Positions 36,693 through 45,837 of a stretch of 64,000 nt of DNA are shown here, in pieces. The notes beneath the pieces were generated by a model. It saw only the letters and a program-made list of their open reading frames with translations, was not told where the DNA came from and did not search any database. The position numbers and the translations under genes are program-made. The DNA is from Candidatus Fermentimicrarchaeum limneticum (GTDB taxonomy: Archaea > Micrarchaeota > Micrarchaeia > Burarchaeales > Fermentimicrarchaeaceae), in NCBI GenBank assembly GCA_013426015.1, contig CP058998.1:1050758-1114757 (forward strand), read 5' to 3'. How positions within the stretch are numbered: position 1 is the stretch's first letter; the number at the start of each line of letters is the position of its first letter.

Positions 36693-37478
36693 ATGGATAA
36701 AGAGACCATAGGGATCATCTCTGGAAAAGGCGGTGTGGGGAAGAGCACAATAGCTGTAAATCTGGCAACATTATTCGCTTCATCGGATTATGATAACCTT
36801 TTGATAGATGGCGATACGTCCAACCCCAGCGTCGGGCTGCATCTGGGGATATGGCAGCATTCCTACGGTTTGCAGGATGTTCTTGAGGGAAAGATAACCC
36901 CTGAGGAAGCAATAGTCCTGCATCCCGCGACAGGGATACGGGTCATCCCCTCTTCACTGCGCTATGTTAAGGATGTAAGCATGAAAAACCTGTCCCGAGT
37001 TCTGGATTCAATAAAAGCTTACCAATGCATCACCATAGACTCGCCCCCTGGTTTGTCCAGCGAAGTAGAGGATATAATGGAAGCCTGCAGTAAGCTCATT
37101 GTAGTAACAACTCCCGATGTGCCAAGTGTGACAAGCGCAACAAAGATAGTTGACCTTGCCGAAACTCACAGGATACCTGTTGCAGGCCTTGTTGTGAACA
37201 GAATTGTGAACAAGAAATATGAGCTGCACATGCAGGAAATCGAGTCAATATGCAACACTAGAATAATTGGTAAGATACCAGAGGACTTCAGAGTGCCCGA
37301 AAGTATTGCCGTAAAGATTCCCCTCACGTTGTACTCCCCCAAATCCCCGGCAAGCACGGCGTTTAATAACCTCGCAACAGAGATCTGCGGAAAAAGGATA
37401 AGGACGCTCCGTGCAACAAGAGAAGGGTTATTGGGAAAAATTATCAACTTTTTTAGATCTGTCCTCGGAGGCAGCTAA
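36693..37478 (+). CDS. minD: MinD/ParA family ATPase
   Basis: Deviant Walker A SGKGGVGKST, IDGD, IDSPPG, VTTPD, VVNR, IPED. Confidence 0.85.
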   Translation: MDKETIGIISGKGGVGKSTIAVNLATLFASSDYDNLLIDGDTSNPSVGLHLGIWQHSYGLQDVLEGKITPEEAIVLHPATGIRVIPSSLRYVKDVSMKNLSRVLDSIKAYQCITIDSPPGLSSEVEDIMEACSKLIVVTTPDVPSVTSATKIVDLAETHRIPVAGLVVNRIVNKKYELHMQEIESICNTRIIGKIPEDFRVPESIAVKIPLTLYSPKSPASTAFNNLATEICGKRIRTLRATREGLLGKIINFFRSVLGGS

Positions 37479-37508
37479 TTTTTATTCTTGTTGTGCAATC
37501 TTTATAGC

Positions 37509-38390
37509 ATGATAAAAGTCGTCATTCTAGGCTCAGGAGGGGCAGTCCCATCACCGACCCGCTCGCTGCCATCGGTAGGTTTGCGCTACTTCGGGGACGT
37601 TTACCTGTTTGACTGCGGCGAGGGAACTCAGAGGCAGATGATGATATACAACCTGAGCTACGCCAAGGTTAAGATGATATTCCTCACCCACCTGCATGCA
37701 GACCATCTTCTTGGGATAGGGGGTTTGGTGCAGACTCTCAAGATGAACGACAGGAAGGAGCCGTTGTTCATATTCGGTCCGCCAGGAACCAACCGCGCTG
37801 TCTCCCCCCTAATCGCCGGAACGTATCCCTTCCAGATAGTAATAAAGGAGATAGTCGAGGACTTCTGCCTCAAGAATGATAAGTTCAAAATTTCCTCCTT
37901 CAGAACAATACATAACGTGAGAAGCATTGGCTATGTTTTCCAGGAGAACGATTCGTGGAACTTCAACAAGGAGAAAACTGACAAGCTTGGGATAAAGGGG
38001 AGGATGTTCAGGAAGCTTGAGAGGGAGGGCGAGATTGTCATAGGGAAGAAGAGGATAAAGCTGGAGGATGTGACCAAGCCAAAGAAGGGAAAGAAATTTG
38101 TCTACACCGGAGATACAATTCCTTGCAACGATGTCCTGCTTGCAAGTAAAGAAGCGGACTTGCTCATACACGACGGAACATTTTCTGAACAACAGAGGGA
38201 GGAAGCTGAGAAGAAGTGCCACTCGACAGTTTCACAGGCTGCAGAGCTTGCAAAGAAGGCAAAGGTCAGGAAACTGGTGCTGGTGCACATGAGCGGCAGA
38301 TACAAGGACTCTGCTCCTCTTGAGAAGGAGGCGAAAAAGATATTCAAGCACTCCGAAGTTGGTTTTGACGGGATGGAAATATCCATTTGA
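37509..38390 (+). CDS. rnz: Ribonuclease Z
   Basis: ILGSGGAVP, FDCGEGTQRQM, THLHADH, YTGDT, HDGTF, HST, LVHMSGRY. Confidence 0.95.
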   Translation: MIKVVILGSGGAVPSPTRSLPSVGLRYFGDVYLFDCGEGTQRQMMIYNLSYAKVKMIFLTHLHADHLLGIGGLVQTLKMNDRKEPLFIFGPPGTNRAVSPLIAGTYPFQIVIKEIVEDFCLKNDKFKISSFRTIHNVRSIGYVFQENDSWNFNKEKTDKLGIKGRMFRKLEREGEIVIGKKRIKLEDVTKPKKGKKFVYTGDTIPCNDVLLASKEADLLIHDGTFSEQQREEAEKKCHSTVSQAAELAKKAKVRKLVLVHMSGRYKDSAPLEKEAKKIFKHSEVGFDGMEISI

Positions 38391-38399
38391 GGTAATCAC

Positions 38400-38615
38400 A
38401 TGAAAAGGGAAGCGCTCTCGAAAGTTCTGAACAAACTGGCTTTTTTACAAGCAAATAAGGACAAGATTGTGAACAACCCTGATGAAGTAGAGCGGGTGGA
38501 AGGCGAGATAGCCGCACTGAAATACGTCGCTGAGAACAAGCCAAAAACGGAATTCGTGAGAGGGCTCATGCTCGGTTATCAGAAGGCTCTTGAACTGATT
38601 GAAAATAAAAAATAA
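38400..38615 (+). CDS. Small hypothetical protein
   Basis: GAGGT RBS, helical 71-aa ORF. Confidence 0.55.
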   Translation: MKREALSKVLNKLAFLQANKDKIVNNPDEVERVEGEIAALKYVAENKPKTEFVRGLMLGYQKALELIENKK

Positions 38616-38633
38616 AAAGAAAAAAATAAAATT

Positions 38634-38849
38634 CTAGGCGTTCTTCATCTTTGCCTTTGCCACGTATCCGCCCTTATCGAGATAATACATGTATCCTCGC
38701 TCCTTCATTATCTTCTCGTTCCCAACTTTCTTCTTCCTCCCACCAGTCTTGTGCTTCATGGGAGCGGCCCATACGTAGCCATCCTTCCCGACGAAGTAGA
38801 GGTAACCCTCCTCTCTATCAATCTTTTCCTTACCTATTCTCTGGCCCAT
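38634..38849 (-). CDS. Small basic Cc1-like chromatin/DNA-binding protein
   Basis: Two internal repeats EKI.(R/K)E.GY.Y...K.GYV, Lys-rich, GAGGTGA RBS. Confidence 0.65.
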   Translation of the reverse strand: MGQRIGKEKIDREEGYLYFVGKDGYVWAAPMKHKTGGRKKKVGNEKIMKERGYMYYLDKGGYVAKAKMKNA

Positions 38850-38936
38850 CGGCTCACCTCTTATTTTTTATCTGTAGCTTTAAGCTACGAGAGAGTTATC
38901 GTCGGTAGTGTTTATAAAGTTATCGTCGTAGACCGT

Positions 38937-39920
38937 CTATGAGTAGCTCCTCCTCATCCTTCCAACCCCTTTCACGGCAAACCAGAAGCACAGCACACTC
39001 ATCACTGCCAGCAGAATCAGCCCAGTGGCTATCTCTGCATCGGGGTAGTTGGAGGAGATCCTCGAGATGATAATCGTCGGCAGATACGCCGAAACCACGG
39101 AGCTTGGCAGGAGGATGGAGAAAACAAGCGCCATACCTGATAAGGATGAGAGGACGTTCGCCTCCTGTATGCTCCTCGCGCTTGCGGAGATGAGGACGCT
39201 CAGTGAAACAAGAATGAAGGAGAGCAAAAACTCCGTCACTATGAGCAGAGGTATGTTGTACACTGGTATCTTCTGCATCACTATCACGAGCCATGCTGCC
39301 CCGCATGCAGTCGATGAAACTACATACGGGAGAGTTTTTGACAGCGCAATGTCAAAATCGGAAATAGGCGAGACTAGAAGCAGCTCTATAGTCCTCTTCT
39401 TTCTTTCGCTGAGTACGTTCTGGATTGAGAGAGATAATCCGACCATTGCGGGCATCACAACTGCAATTGGAATGATGAGCCCGTAGCCCATCTGCACGAA
39501 GTCGGTGTTGCCTCCATACAATCCTTCCGAGGAGTAGCTGAAGTTCCCCTTCTCAAGCGCCTCCTCAAAAGAGATTGATTTCGAGACCGAGCTTATCTTG
39601 GCTATCGCAAAGCCGGAGAATATGTTGCTCGGGTCGGTCTTTATCTCCCCAGTGCTGGTGTTTATCACTGCGTTGACTCTCTCGAGTGTCTCCTCCCCTA
39701 CTGGTACAACTTTCACCCCAGACTCCTCCAGCTTGCTTATCAGCGCGGTGTTGTTGCCGTCCACGGCTATCGTTATCTTCAGGTTAGGGGAATGCATCAC
39801 CTCGCTGTACGTGTCATAAAGGAAGAGCAGCATGGAGATTGTTATGAACTGAACGAGTATGCTGCCTAGAAACGCCCTGTCGCTTGCAATCTCCCTCAGC
39901 TCCTTTTCCATCAGTTTCAT
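38937..39920 (-). CDS. ABC-2 type permease
   Basis: EKELRE start, ERKKRTIELLLVSP motif, multi-TM. Confidence 0.85.
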   Translation of the reverse strand: MKLMEKELREIASDRAFLGSILVQFITISMLLFLYDTYSEVMHSPNLKITIAVDGNNTALISKLEESGVKVVPVGEETLERVNAVINTSTGEIKTDPSNIFSGFAIAKISSVSKSISFEEALEKGNFSYSSEGLYGGNTDFVQMGYGLIIPIAVVMPAMVGLSLSIQNVLSERKKRTIELLLVSPISDFDIALSKTLPYVVSSTACGAAWLVIVMQKIPVYNIPLLIVTEFLLSFILVSLSVLISASARSIQEANVLSSLSGMALVFSILLPSSVVSAYLPTIIISRISSNYPDAEIATGLILLAVMSVLCFWFAVKGVGRMRRSYS

Positions 39921-39924
39921 AATC

Positions 39925-41445
39925 TCACCAAAAATGACTCAGAAGGTATATGTTGTAGCTCATGTGCAGCAGTATTGCAATGATGACTGCCAGCAAGAAC
40001 TGCCTCCTTGCATAACCTGCTCCTGCTATGCTGCTGCAGAGTGTATGCACAAGTATCGGCACGACCCTCACCAACACCATCATCTCAACAACCGGTGCGA
40101 GCAGCAGGCTCTCGCTAACACCGAAGGCAAGCCCAACAAGCGCACCGAGAATTGCTCCCTCCTTCAGTTCTTTTGGCTTCAAAACTTTCAGGGCGAATGC
40201 CTTGAGTCCCTCCTCAACTACAGTTACTGAAAGCAGCAGCAGCCCGACGCTCGGCCCTATGAGGAAGAACACCAGCCCTATTGCAACAATCTCGATAGGC
40301 ATGGTGACTGAGAATGCAACGAACCCCATTGCAAATGCAGCTTTTTTCCTGCTCCTGAGGATTTCCAGCATTCCTTCATAGAGCTGCCCTAGGCCGGGCT
40401 TTATTGCAAACGCAAACGCCTCTGTCGAGAACGCCGATAGGGCAAGCAGGAATGCCGTTGCGGTTATTATGTATATCACGAGCATCAAATTGAATGGGAA
40501 GGGGGTCGCCTCCCCTGCAACCTGCTCTGCGATGTACGTTGCAGGCGAAAGCTTCGCGGCAATCTCCGTTGCAGGGAAAACCTTCAGGATTGCAATGGAG
40601 AAGAAAAGTGTGATTATTATTGTTGAGGAGATGCTTGACGCAAGCGTTGCCTCTTTTGCGTTTGAAGCAATGGAAGAAACAAGCGCGTTCATCGTTATTA
40701 TGAGCAGAGCCATGCTGACCAGTATTATGTAAACTCCGAAGGGATTGGCGAAGTGCAGGCCAAAGAACGGAACGAGAAACATCCAGACCGCCCCGAGCAG
40801 CATTGCGAAAACCAGGTTGCTCAGTATCTTCGAAGCAAGCACCTCAACTCTCCTTGAAGGGGATGCAAAGATGACTTCAACAACCTTGTTCTCCCTCTCA
40901 TAAGCTATGCTTTCTATTATCGGCAGGGACCAGATGAAAAGCGGTGTGAGCAGCAGGAAAGGCGCAAGCAGGCTCCTAAGAAGCTCCTCCAGCCCCAGGT
41001 CAGATTTCAGGTTGAACAAGAGCTCGGAATCCTTCCTGAGAAACTTGTCGACTGCTTCCCTGACAGCTGATTCTGCAAGGTTTGAAAGCGGAATCCCTCT
41101 CCCTATGAAGCTTCCGCCAGTTGAGTTCACAATGAAAACGCCGTGCACCCTTCCCTCCCCAAGAAGTTCCATGGCAGTTCTTTCATCCGTCTTGACTACC
41201 TCCACCATGTTGTTTTTCTCAAGCTCAGCTAGGAGAGGATGCTCCCCAACAACCGCAATTTTCACCATCTTCTCAGAAACCGGCATTGCAGAGAGCAGGT
41301 TTCCTTCCTTGAAGCGTCCCACTGCTTCCATTAGAAGCGGGATTGTGAAGAGGGATATAAGCATTCCTAAAAGTACGCTAGCAAGAAACCTCCTGTCCGA
41401 AAATATCCCCCTGAGGTTCCACCATACCATGACACCTAGGCCCAT
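39925..41445 (-). CDS. ABC-2 permease fused to PrsW-like intramembrane protease domain
   Basis: YERENKVVEVIFASP. C-terminal VVEEGLK, GLAFGVSE, H..., LLHMSYN. Confidence 0.8.
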   Translation of the reverse strand: MGLGVMVWWNLRGIFSDRRFLASVLLGMLISLFTIPLLMEAVGRFKEGNLLSAMPVSEKMVKIAVVGEHPLLAELEKNNMVEVVKTDERTAMELLGEGRVHGVFIVNSTGGSFIGRGIPLSNLAESAVREAVDKFLRKDSELLFNLKSDLGLEELLRSLLAPFLLLTPLFIWSLPIIESIAYERENKVVEVIFASPSRRVEVLASKILSNLVFAMLLGAVWMFLVPFFGLHFANPFGVYIILVSMALLIITMNALVSSIASNAKEATLASSISSTIIITLFFSIAILKVFPATEIAAKLSPATYIAEQVAGEATPFPFNLMLVIYIITATAFLLALSAFSTEAFAFAIKPGLGQLYEGMLEILRSRKKAAFAMGFVAFSVTMPIEIVAIGLVFFLIGPSVGLLLLSVTVVEEGLKAFALKVLKPKELKEGAILGALVGLAFGVSESLLLAPVVEMMVLVRVVPILVHTLCSSIAGAGYARRQFLLAVIIAILLHMSYNIYLLSHFW

Positions 41446-42338
41446 TTTCCTCCCCTTGTAACTGCTACGAAGACATCTTCCAGAGATGGGTCCATCGTTT
41501 TTATGGAGAGGACTGTCGCCTTGAGCTTCTTCGCCTTGTCATGCACCTTTGACATGGTGCTGTTCACATCCTTCACCTTCACTATCACTAACCTGCCGTC
41601 AACACTCCCCCCAACTTCATCCGCAAACTTTCCGATAAGGGAATCCTCCTTTATCACGATTCCCAAATAACGTTGTTTGGCAACTTTCGCCTTAAGCTCC
41701 TCGGGCTTGCCGATAGCAGCTATCCTTCCCCTGTTGATGACTGCAAGCTTGTCGCAGAGGAAATCCGCCTCGTCCATGTAGTGAGTGCACACCAGAATCG
41801 TCTTTCCACTCCTCCTCATACTCTTGATTCTCTCCCTCACATCTCTGGAGGAGGCAGGGTCCAACCCCATTGTTGGCTCGTCAAGAATTAGAACTGGCGG
41901 ATCGTGTATCAGCGCTCTTGCCAAGGATATTCGGTGCTTCATCCCCTTCGAATACTCGCCAATCTTCCTCCTTGCATGTTCAGTCAAACCCACAAACTCC
42001 AGCAGCTCGGGAATTCTCTCCCTCCCCGATCCATAGACATCAGCGAAGAATGAGAGGAACTCCTCCCCGCTCATGTAGTCATACACCCGTGGCTCCTCAG
42101 GAAGATAGCCGACGATGGAGCGGACTTTCTGCGAATCCTTCATGATGTCGTACCCCAAGATGCTTGCAGTACCTGAGGTTGGTGAGAGAACAGTGCACAG
42201 CATTTTAACGAGCGTGCTCTTTCCTGCACCGTTAGGACCGACAAGACCCAGTATCTCGCCTTCTCTCACAACAAGGCTGACTCCGTCGACTGCGGTGAGA
42301 TCTCCAAACTTCTTCGTAAGCCCGAAGGTTTCTATCAC
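41436..42338 (-). CDS. ABC transporter ATP-binding protein
   Basis: GPNGAGKST, YSKGM, LILDEPT, CTHYM. GTG 42338 preferred because ATG 42365 lies inside the IS end. Confidence 0.95.
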   Translation of the reverse strand: MIETFGLTKKFGDLTAVDGVSLVVREGEILGLVGPNGAGKSTLVKMLCTVLSPTSGTASILGYDIMKDSQKVRSIVGYLPEEPRVYDYMSGEEFLSFFADVYGSGRERIPELLEFVGLTEHARRKIGEYSKGMKHRISLARALIHDPPVLILDEPTMGLDPASSRDVRERIKSMRRSGKTILVCTHYMDEADFLCDKLAVINRGRIAAIGKPEELKAKVAKQRYLGIVIKEDSLIGKFADEVGGSVDGRLVIVKVKDVNSTMSKVHDKAKKLKATVLSIKTMDPSLEDVFVAVTRGGKWA

Positions 42339-42368
42339 AAGTAGATATTGGAATGCTTTGCACATTTA

Positions 42369-43415
42369 TTAATGTGCTTCCGCCCTCGTCTGCTCAGTCA
42401 TCGGCGGTTCTGGGCTGAAAGCAACAGCCCCGTCTGAGAGCATGTAGCTCTCAAACCTCTTCAGGATATTCATCGCACCATTATAATCTGCATTTGCCTG
42501 GTATTTGCAGTTAGGACATTTGAATAAACCTTGCTTCACTCTCTTTCCTTCCTCGCCGCATCTGCTACATGTTTTACTGGTGTAATCTTCCCTGATTTTC
42601 ACAACTGCAATCCCCTTGAGATGTGCCTTGTATTCGATGAAGAAGGAGAGTCTGTTGAATGGGAAGGAATTGACTATCCTGTTGAACCTCTTACCTTTAC
42701 CGCCTTTCCTTATTCCCTTCAAGTCACCTAAAACAATTATTGAGTCATTCTTTTCTGCCAGCTCTACAATCTCTTTTGACACTTCATGTAAAACCAGTTC
42801 AACTCTCCTCTTCTCCTTACCTCTTATTTCTTTAAGTTTCTTGAACAACTTCCTTTCCTGCAGCCTCTTTCTCAGCCAGGCATGGTGCCTCCTAATCCCC
42901 CTTACCTCCCTGCCAAGGAAGATTGGCTTTCTTTCACTGGACAGCACGGCCGCCGCTATCACTTTCTCGCCAACATCCAGGGCAAGTACGGAAGAGTATG
43001 AAGTTTTCAGCTGAACCTCTTTCCTTATGGTGATGTAAATCCAGAAGTCCTTTTTTCTTTTGAACAGTTTTGCTTCCCTTATCTCCCAAGTAAAATCTAT
43101 CTCCTCATGTGGCTTTATGGGAAGCCAGATGCCTCCTCTTTTGCCTTTAACAGGAATTCTGAACCAGTAAGGAGTGAGTTTGTGGTTTGTGATTTTGAGT
43201 TTGGTGGATTGATTAGCCAGAGGCATAGGTTGTTTTTTCTTCCTTGATTTTATTTTGTATTTGAAGTTGAAAGTTGATTTTGTTAAGGAGTAAATTCCGA
43301 AGTCTCTGCCACTTCTGATGTAAATCTGAAAGTTAAGGTACTCTCTATCTAGCAATCCAAGCTTCTTTCTAGTTGGGTTGAAAACCTTGCATTTAAGAGT
43401 CTTTGAAATAAGCAT
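42369..43415 (-). CDS. tnpB: Compact TnpB (348 aa) with rearranged RuvC-II
   Basis: LALDVG, IVLGDL, REDYTSKTCSRC..CPNC, NADYNGAMNI. Confidence 0.9.
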   Translation of the reverse strand: MLISKTLKCKVFNPTRKKLGLLDREYLNFQIYIRSGRDFGIYSLTKSTFNFKYKIKSRKKKQPMPLANQSTKLKITNHKLTPYWFRIPVKGKRGGIWLPIKPHEEIDFTWEIREAKLFKRKKDFWIYITIRKEVQLKTSYSSVLALDVGEKVIAAAVLSSERKPIFLGREVRGIRRHHAWLRKRLQERKLFKKLKEIRGKEKRRVELVLHEVSKEIVELAEKNDSIIVLGDLKGIRKGGKGKRFNRIVNSFPFNRLSFFIEYKAHLKGIAVVKIREDYTSKTCSRCGEEGKRVKQGLFKCPNCKYQANADYNGAMNILKRFESYMLSDGAVAFSPEPPMTEQTRAEAH

Positions 43416-43436
43416 GATAAACCATCAATTCTCGTC

Positions 43437-43469
43437 TTTATAAACCTCTGTAAGGGGTAACTTTCCAGT
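43437..43469 (-). promoter_or_regulatory. Conserved 15-bp box plus TATA upstream of second tnpB
   Basis: GGGTAACTTTCCAGT 43455-69, TTTATAAA 43437-44. Confidence 0.7.
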
Positions 43470-43515
43470 AAAAGTGGATTTATGTGCAAAGCCATCTTGG
43501 AACTAAACTTTAAAT

Positions 43516-44022
43516 TCACTGCGTCTCAGAATCAGGCTCCCTTTTCCTGAATCTGCTGCCAGGCTTCCTGTCCTTCATCATGCTCCTCAGGAATTCAACT
43601 GCCTTGTTGAGCTGTCCGGAATCTATGTCCTTCATGCATATCTCATAATTCGTCTTAGCGCTGGCCGTGTCAAGATACAGGTCAGCAAAACCAAATATTA
43701 TCCCGAGGAAGGACCGGTCAACCTTTATATTTGTTATCCCATCTATGGGGACAAGGTGCTCATCAGGCGCGACAACGCCAAACTTCCATATCACATCATT
43801 CTCGGTTATCTCATAGGTTGTGTACCACTTTCTGTAGAACTGCTGCATTACGAGAAGCCCAAGGAGGAGGAGCACCCCGATACCCGCGATGAACACGTAA
43901 TAGGCATAATCGGGATACAATACCGCCAGACCTATAATTGCTATAATCACCACGACTGCAACAGCCGCTATCATCATTATGAATGGTTCCACCTTCGGCT
44001 TGAGTGTGAAGACAGCTTCCAT
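43516..44022 (-). CDS. Membrane protein with bacterial PH (bPH_2) domain
   Basis: Two TMs then YEITE..GVV..VPIDGITNI..SFLGIIFGFADLYLDTA. Confidence 0.8.
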   Translation of the reverse strand: MEAVFTLKPKVEPFIMMIAAVAVVVIIAIIGLAVLYPDYAYYVFIAGIGVLLLLGLLVMQQFYRKWYTTYEITENDVIWKFGVVAPDEHLVPIDGITNIKVDRSFLGIIFGFADLYLDTASAKTNYEICMKDIDSGQLNKAVEFLRSMMKDRKPGSRFRKREPDSETQ

Positions 44023-44148
44023 GGAAGTATTCCTCAAATGCAATTTAAATTTATGCGCCCGCAAACTCAGCAAGCCTTTTCAGAGCTCTTTGGATAGATT
44101 GCCATAGTGGAGTGGGAGTCCGCAATGCCCGTCCTCACCCACCTCGCC

Positions 44149-45105
44149 TTACACATCCTCAATTCCCTTGGGAGTGACTTTGAATATCGCCTCTCCCTCA
44201 GGCATCGAAGGGCTGTCCACCAACCTGGCAATCCTCTTCTCCTCCTTCCCCTTCCTAAGATAAATTCGGTAAACGGCAGCATGCGCAAGAACATGCCCCC
44301 CTATTGGTGTTGTCGGGTCTCCAAAAAGTATCGCAGGGTTGTCCATAACTTGGTTAGTTACATAAACTGCCAGATTATACCTGTCTGCAAGCTTCTGCAG
44401 CGCATGAATGTGCTTGTTCAGCTTCTGTTGTCTCTCGCTCAGCGCGCTCCTTCCAAGGAAATCGGCTCTGAACTGGGACGTTAAAGAATCAACAACTATG
44501 AGCTTTATGTTATTCTTCTCTATCATCTCATCTGCCTTGTCAACAAGAATCATCTGGTGGTCTGTGTTAACTGCTCTGGCCACGTGGAGATTCTTCAAAA
44601 TCTCCTCAGCGTTAAGCCCTCTTGACTCAGCAATCTGCTTCACCCTCTCAGGTCTGAAAGTTGACTCTGCATCTATGAAGAGGCATGCGCCATCCAAACC
44701 GCCTTTCTCCTTTGGTAGCTGAACATTCACTGCAAGCTGGAAGCCGAGCTGGCTCTTGCCAGAACTGAATTTACCGAAGGTCTCGGTTATTGACTGCGTC
44801 TCAACCCCTCCTCCAATCAGATTGTCAAGCTCCTTCGAGCCAGTGGTTATCTTGCCAATACATTTTCTCCTCTCAAGAATCTTATCCGCAGTCTCATAAC
44901 CCATTTCCAATGCGTCCCTTGCGGCAGCTATCGTCTTCTTTGCGGTTTCAACGCCTATCTCGGCAACCTCCTGCAACTCATGAGGAGAGGATGTGGCTAT
45001 CCTCTCAAACGAATCGTAGCCTGCCCTCTTGAGCTTCTCGGCAGTCGCCTCACCGACTCCGGGCAAATCCTCAAGGTTCTTTACCTTCTTTTCCTCCTTT
45101 GCCAT
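44149..45105 (-). CDS. radA: DNA repair and recombination protein RadA
   Basis: Hh[51 protein letters not shown]. Confidence 0.97.
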   Translation of the reverse strand: MAKEEKKVKNLEDLPGVGEATAEKLKRAGYDSFERIATSSPHELQEVAEIGVETAKKTIAAARDALEMGYETADKILERRKCIGKITTGSKELDNLIGGGVETQSITETFGKFSSGKSQLGFQLAVNVQLPKEKGGLDGACLFIDAESTFRPERVKQIAESRGLNAEEILKNLHVARAVNTDHQMILVDKADEMIEKNNIKLIVVDSLTSQFRADFLGRSALSERQQKLNKHIHALQKLADRYNLAVYVTNQVMDNPAILFGDPTTPIGGHVLAHAAVYRIYLRKGKEEKRIARLVDSPSMPEGEAIFKVTPKGIEDV

Positions 45106-45116
45106 GTGAACACCTC

Positions 45117-45707
45117 TCATAAGCCATAGAATCCATTCTCAATCCTGAACTTGGGCAGAGCATGCTTCAGCCTGCCGTACAAAGAAACGAACTCCTCCGC
45201 CTCCTTGGTCACGTACTCCAATATTTTTTCGTATTCTTTATTTAAATACCACAGGGGGATCTTCTCGCCGTCATGGGGCTTGTTGCAGAACTTGTCAAGC
45301 CCGCTTCCGGCGAACTTGAAGCCGTTCATACCCAGGCATATGTGCTTCAAGTCAATCCTAGGGAGCTGGTTGAACAGGAACCACTCGTCATATACGATTC
45401 CGTGCTTTGCGGCTCTTGCCTTAAGCATTCCCAAATCAAACATGAGGTTCTGCCCAACGGGAATGAACTGCCAGGTCTTTTTCGGGTTGATTAACTTGGA
45501 GAGTTCCCTTATCACTCCCTCCTCGCCCATCTCCCACTCCTTCAGTATCCGCAGCGGTTCCACAGGTCTGCCGGACTCGTCAAGCCTCTGGAACTGGATT
45601 GTGATAATCTTGTACTTCTCCGGGCGTATCTCGCTCTCTCCCCGTATGAAAAGCTCACGCTCATCCTCATCGCATCCAATTTCCGTGTCGAAATAGTACT
45701 CTGCCAT
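45117..45707 (-). CDS. DEDD-type 3'-5' exonuclease-like (RNase H-like) protein
   Basis: ExoI YFDTE, Exo[15 protein letters not shown], ExoIII-like YVTKE. GGAGGTGA RBS. Stop abuts the radA RBS. Confidence 0.7.
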   Translation of the reverse strand: MAEYYFDTEIGCDEDERELFIRGESEIRPEKYKIITIQFQRLDESGRPVEPLRILKEWEMGEEGVIRELSKLINPKKTWQFIPVGQNLMFDLGMLKARAAKHGIVYDEWFLFNQLPRIDLKHICLGMNGFKFAGSGLDKFCNKPHDGEKIPLWYLNKEYEKILEYVTKEAEEFVSLYGRLKHALPKFRIENGFYGL

Positions 45708-45730
45708 TGATTAGTTCACCTCCGGCTTGC

Positions 45731-45762
45731 TTTTAAACCTGAGGGTAGGGTAACTTTCCAGT
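45731..45762 (-). promoter_or_regulatory. Conserved 15-bp box plus TATA upstream of exonuclease-radA operon
   Basis: GGGTAACTTTCCAGT 45748-62, TTTAAAA (minus strand) 45731-37. Confidence 0.7.
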
Positions 45763-45837
45763 GAAAGGTGAATTTATGTGCAAAGCACAGTGATTCACCA
45801 GTGAATTATATAAATTAAAACATTCAAAAATAAAAGC

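Larger units (their letters stand above)
42354..43496 (-). mobile_element. tnpB-only element flanked by TTGGAA direct repeats and 11-bp inverted repeats
   Basis: TTGGAA at 42348-53 and 43497-502. gctttgcacat 42355-65 and atgtgcaaagc 43482-92. Confidence 0.7.

Noticed and set aside
42369..43415. Cas12f/Cas14 CRISPR effector
   Set aside because: No repeat-spacer array or cas1/2/4 nearby, and it has IS-like ends.
44070..44146. GC-rich hairpin after radA with GTGAGGA...CTGA, possible C/D box sRNA
   Set aside because: No convincing C' box and no identifiable target. May be just a 3' UTR structure.
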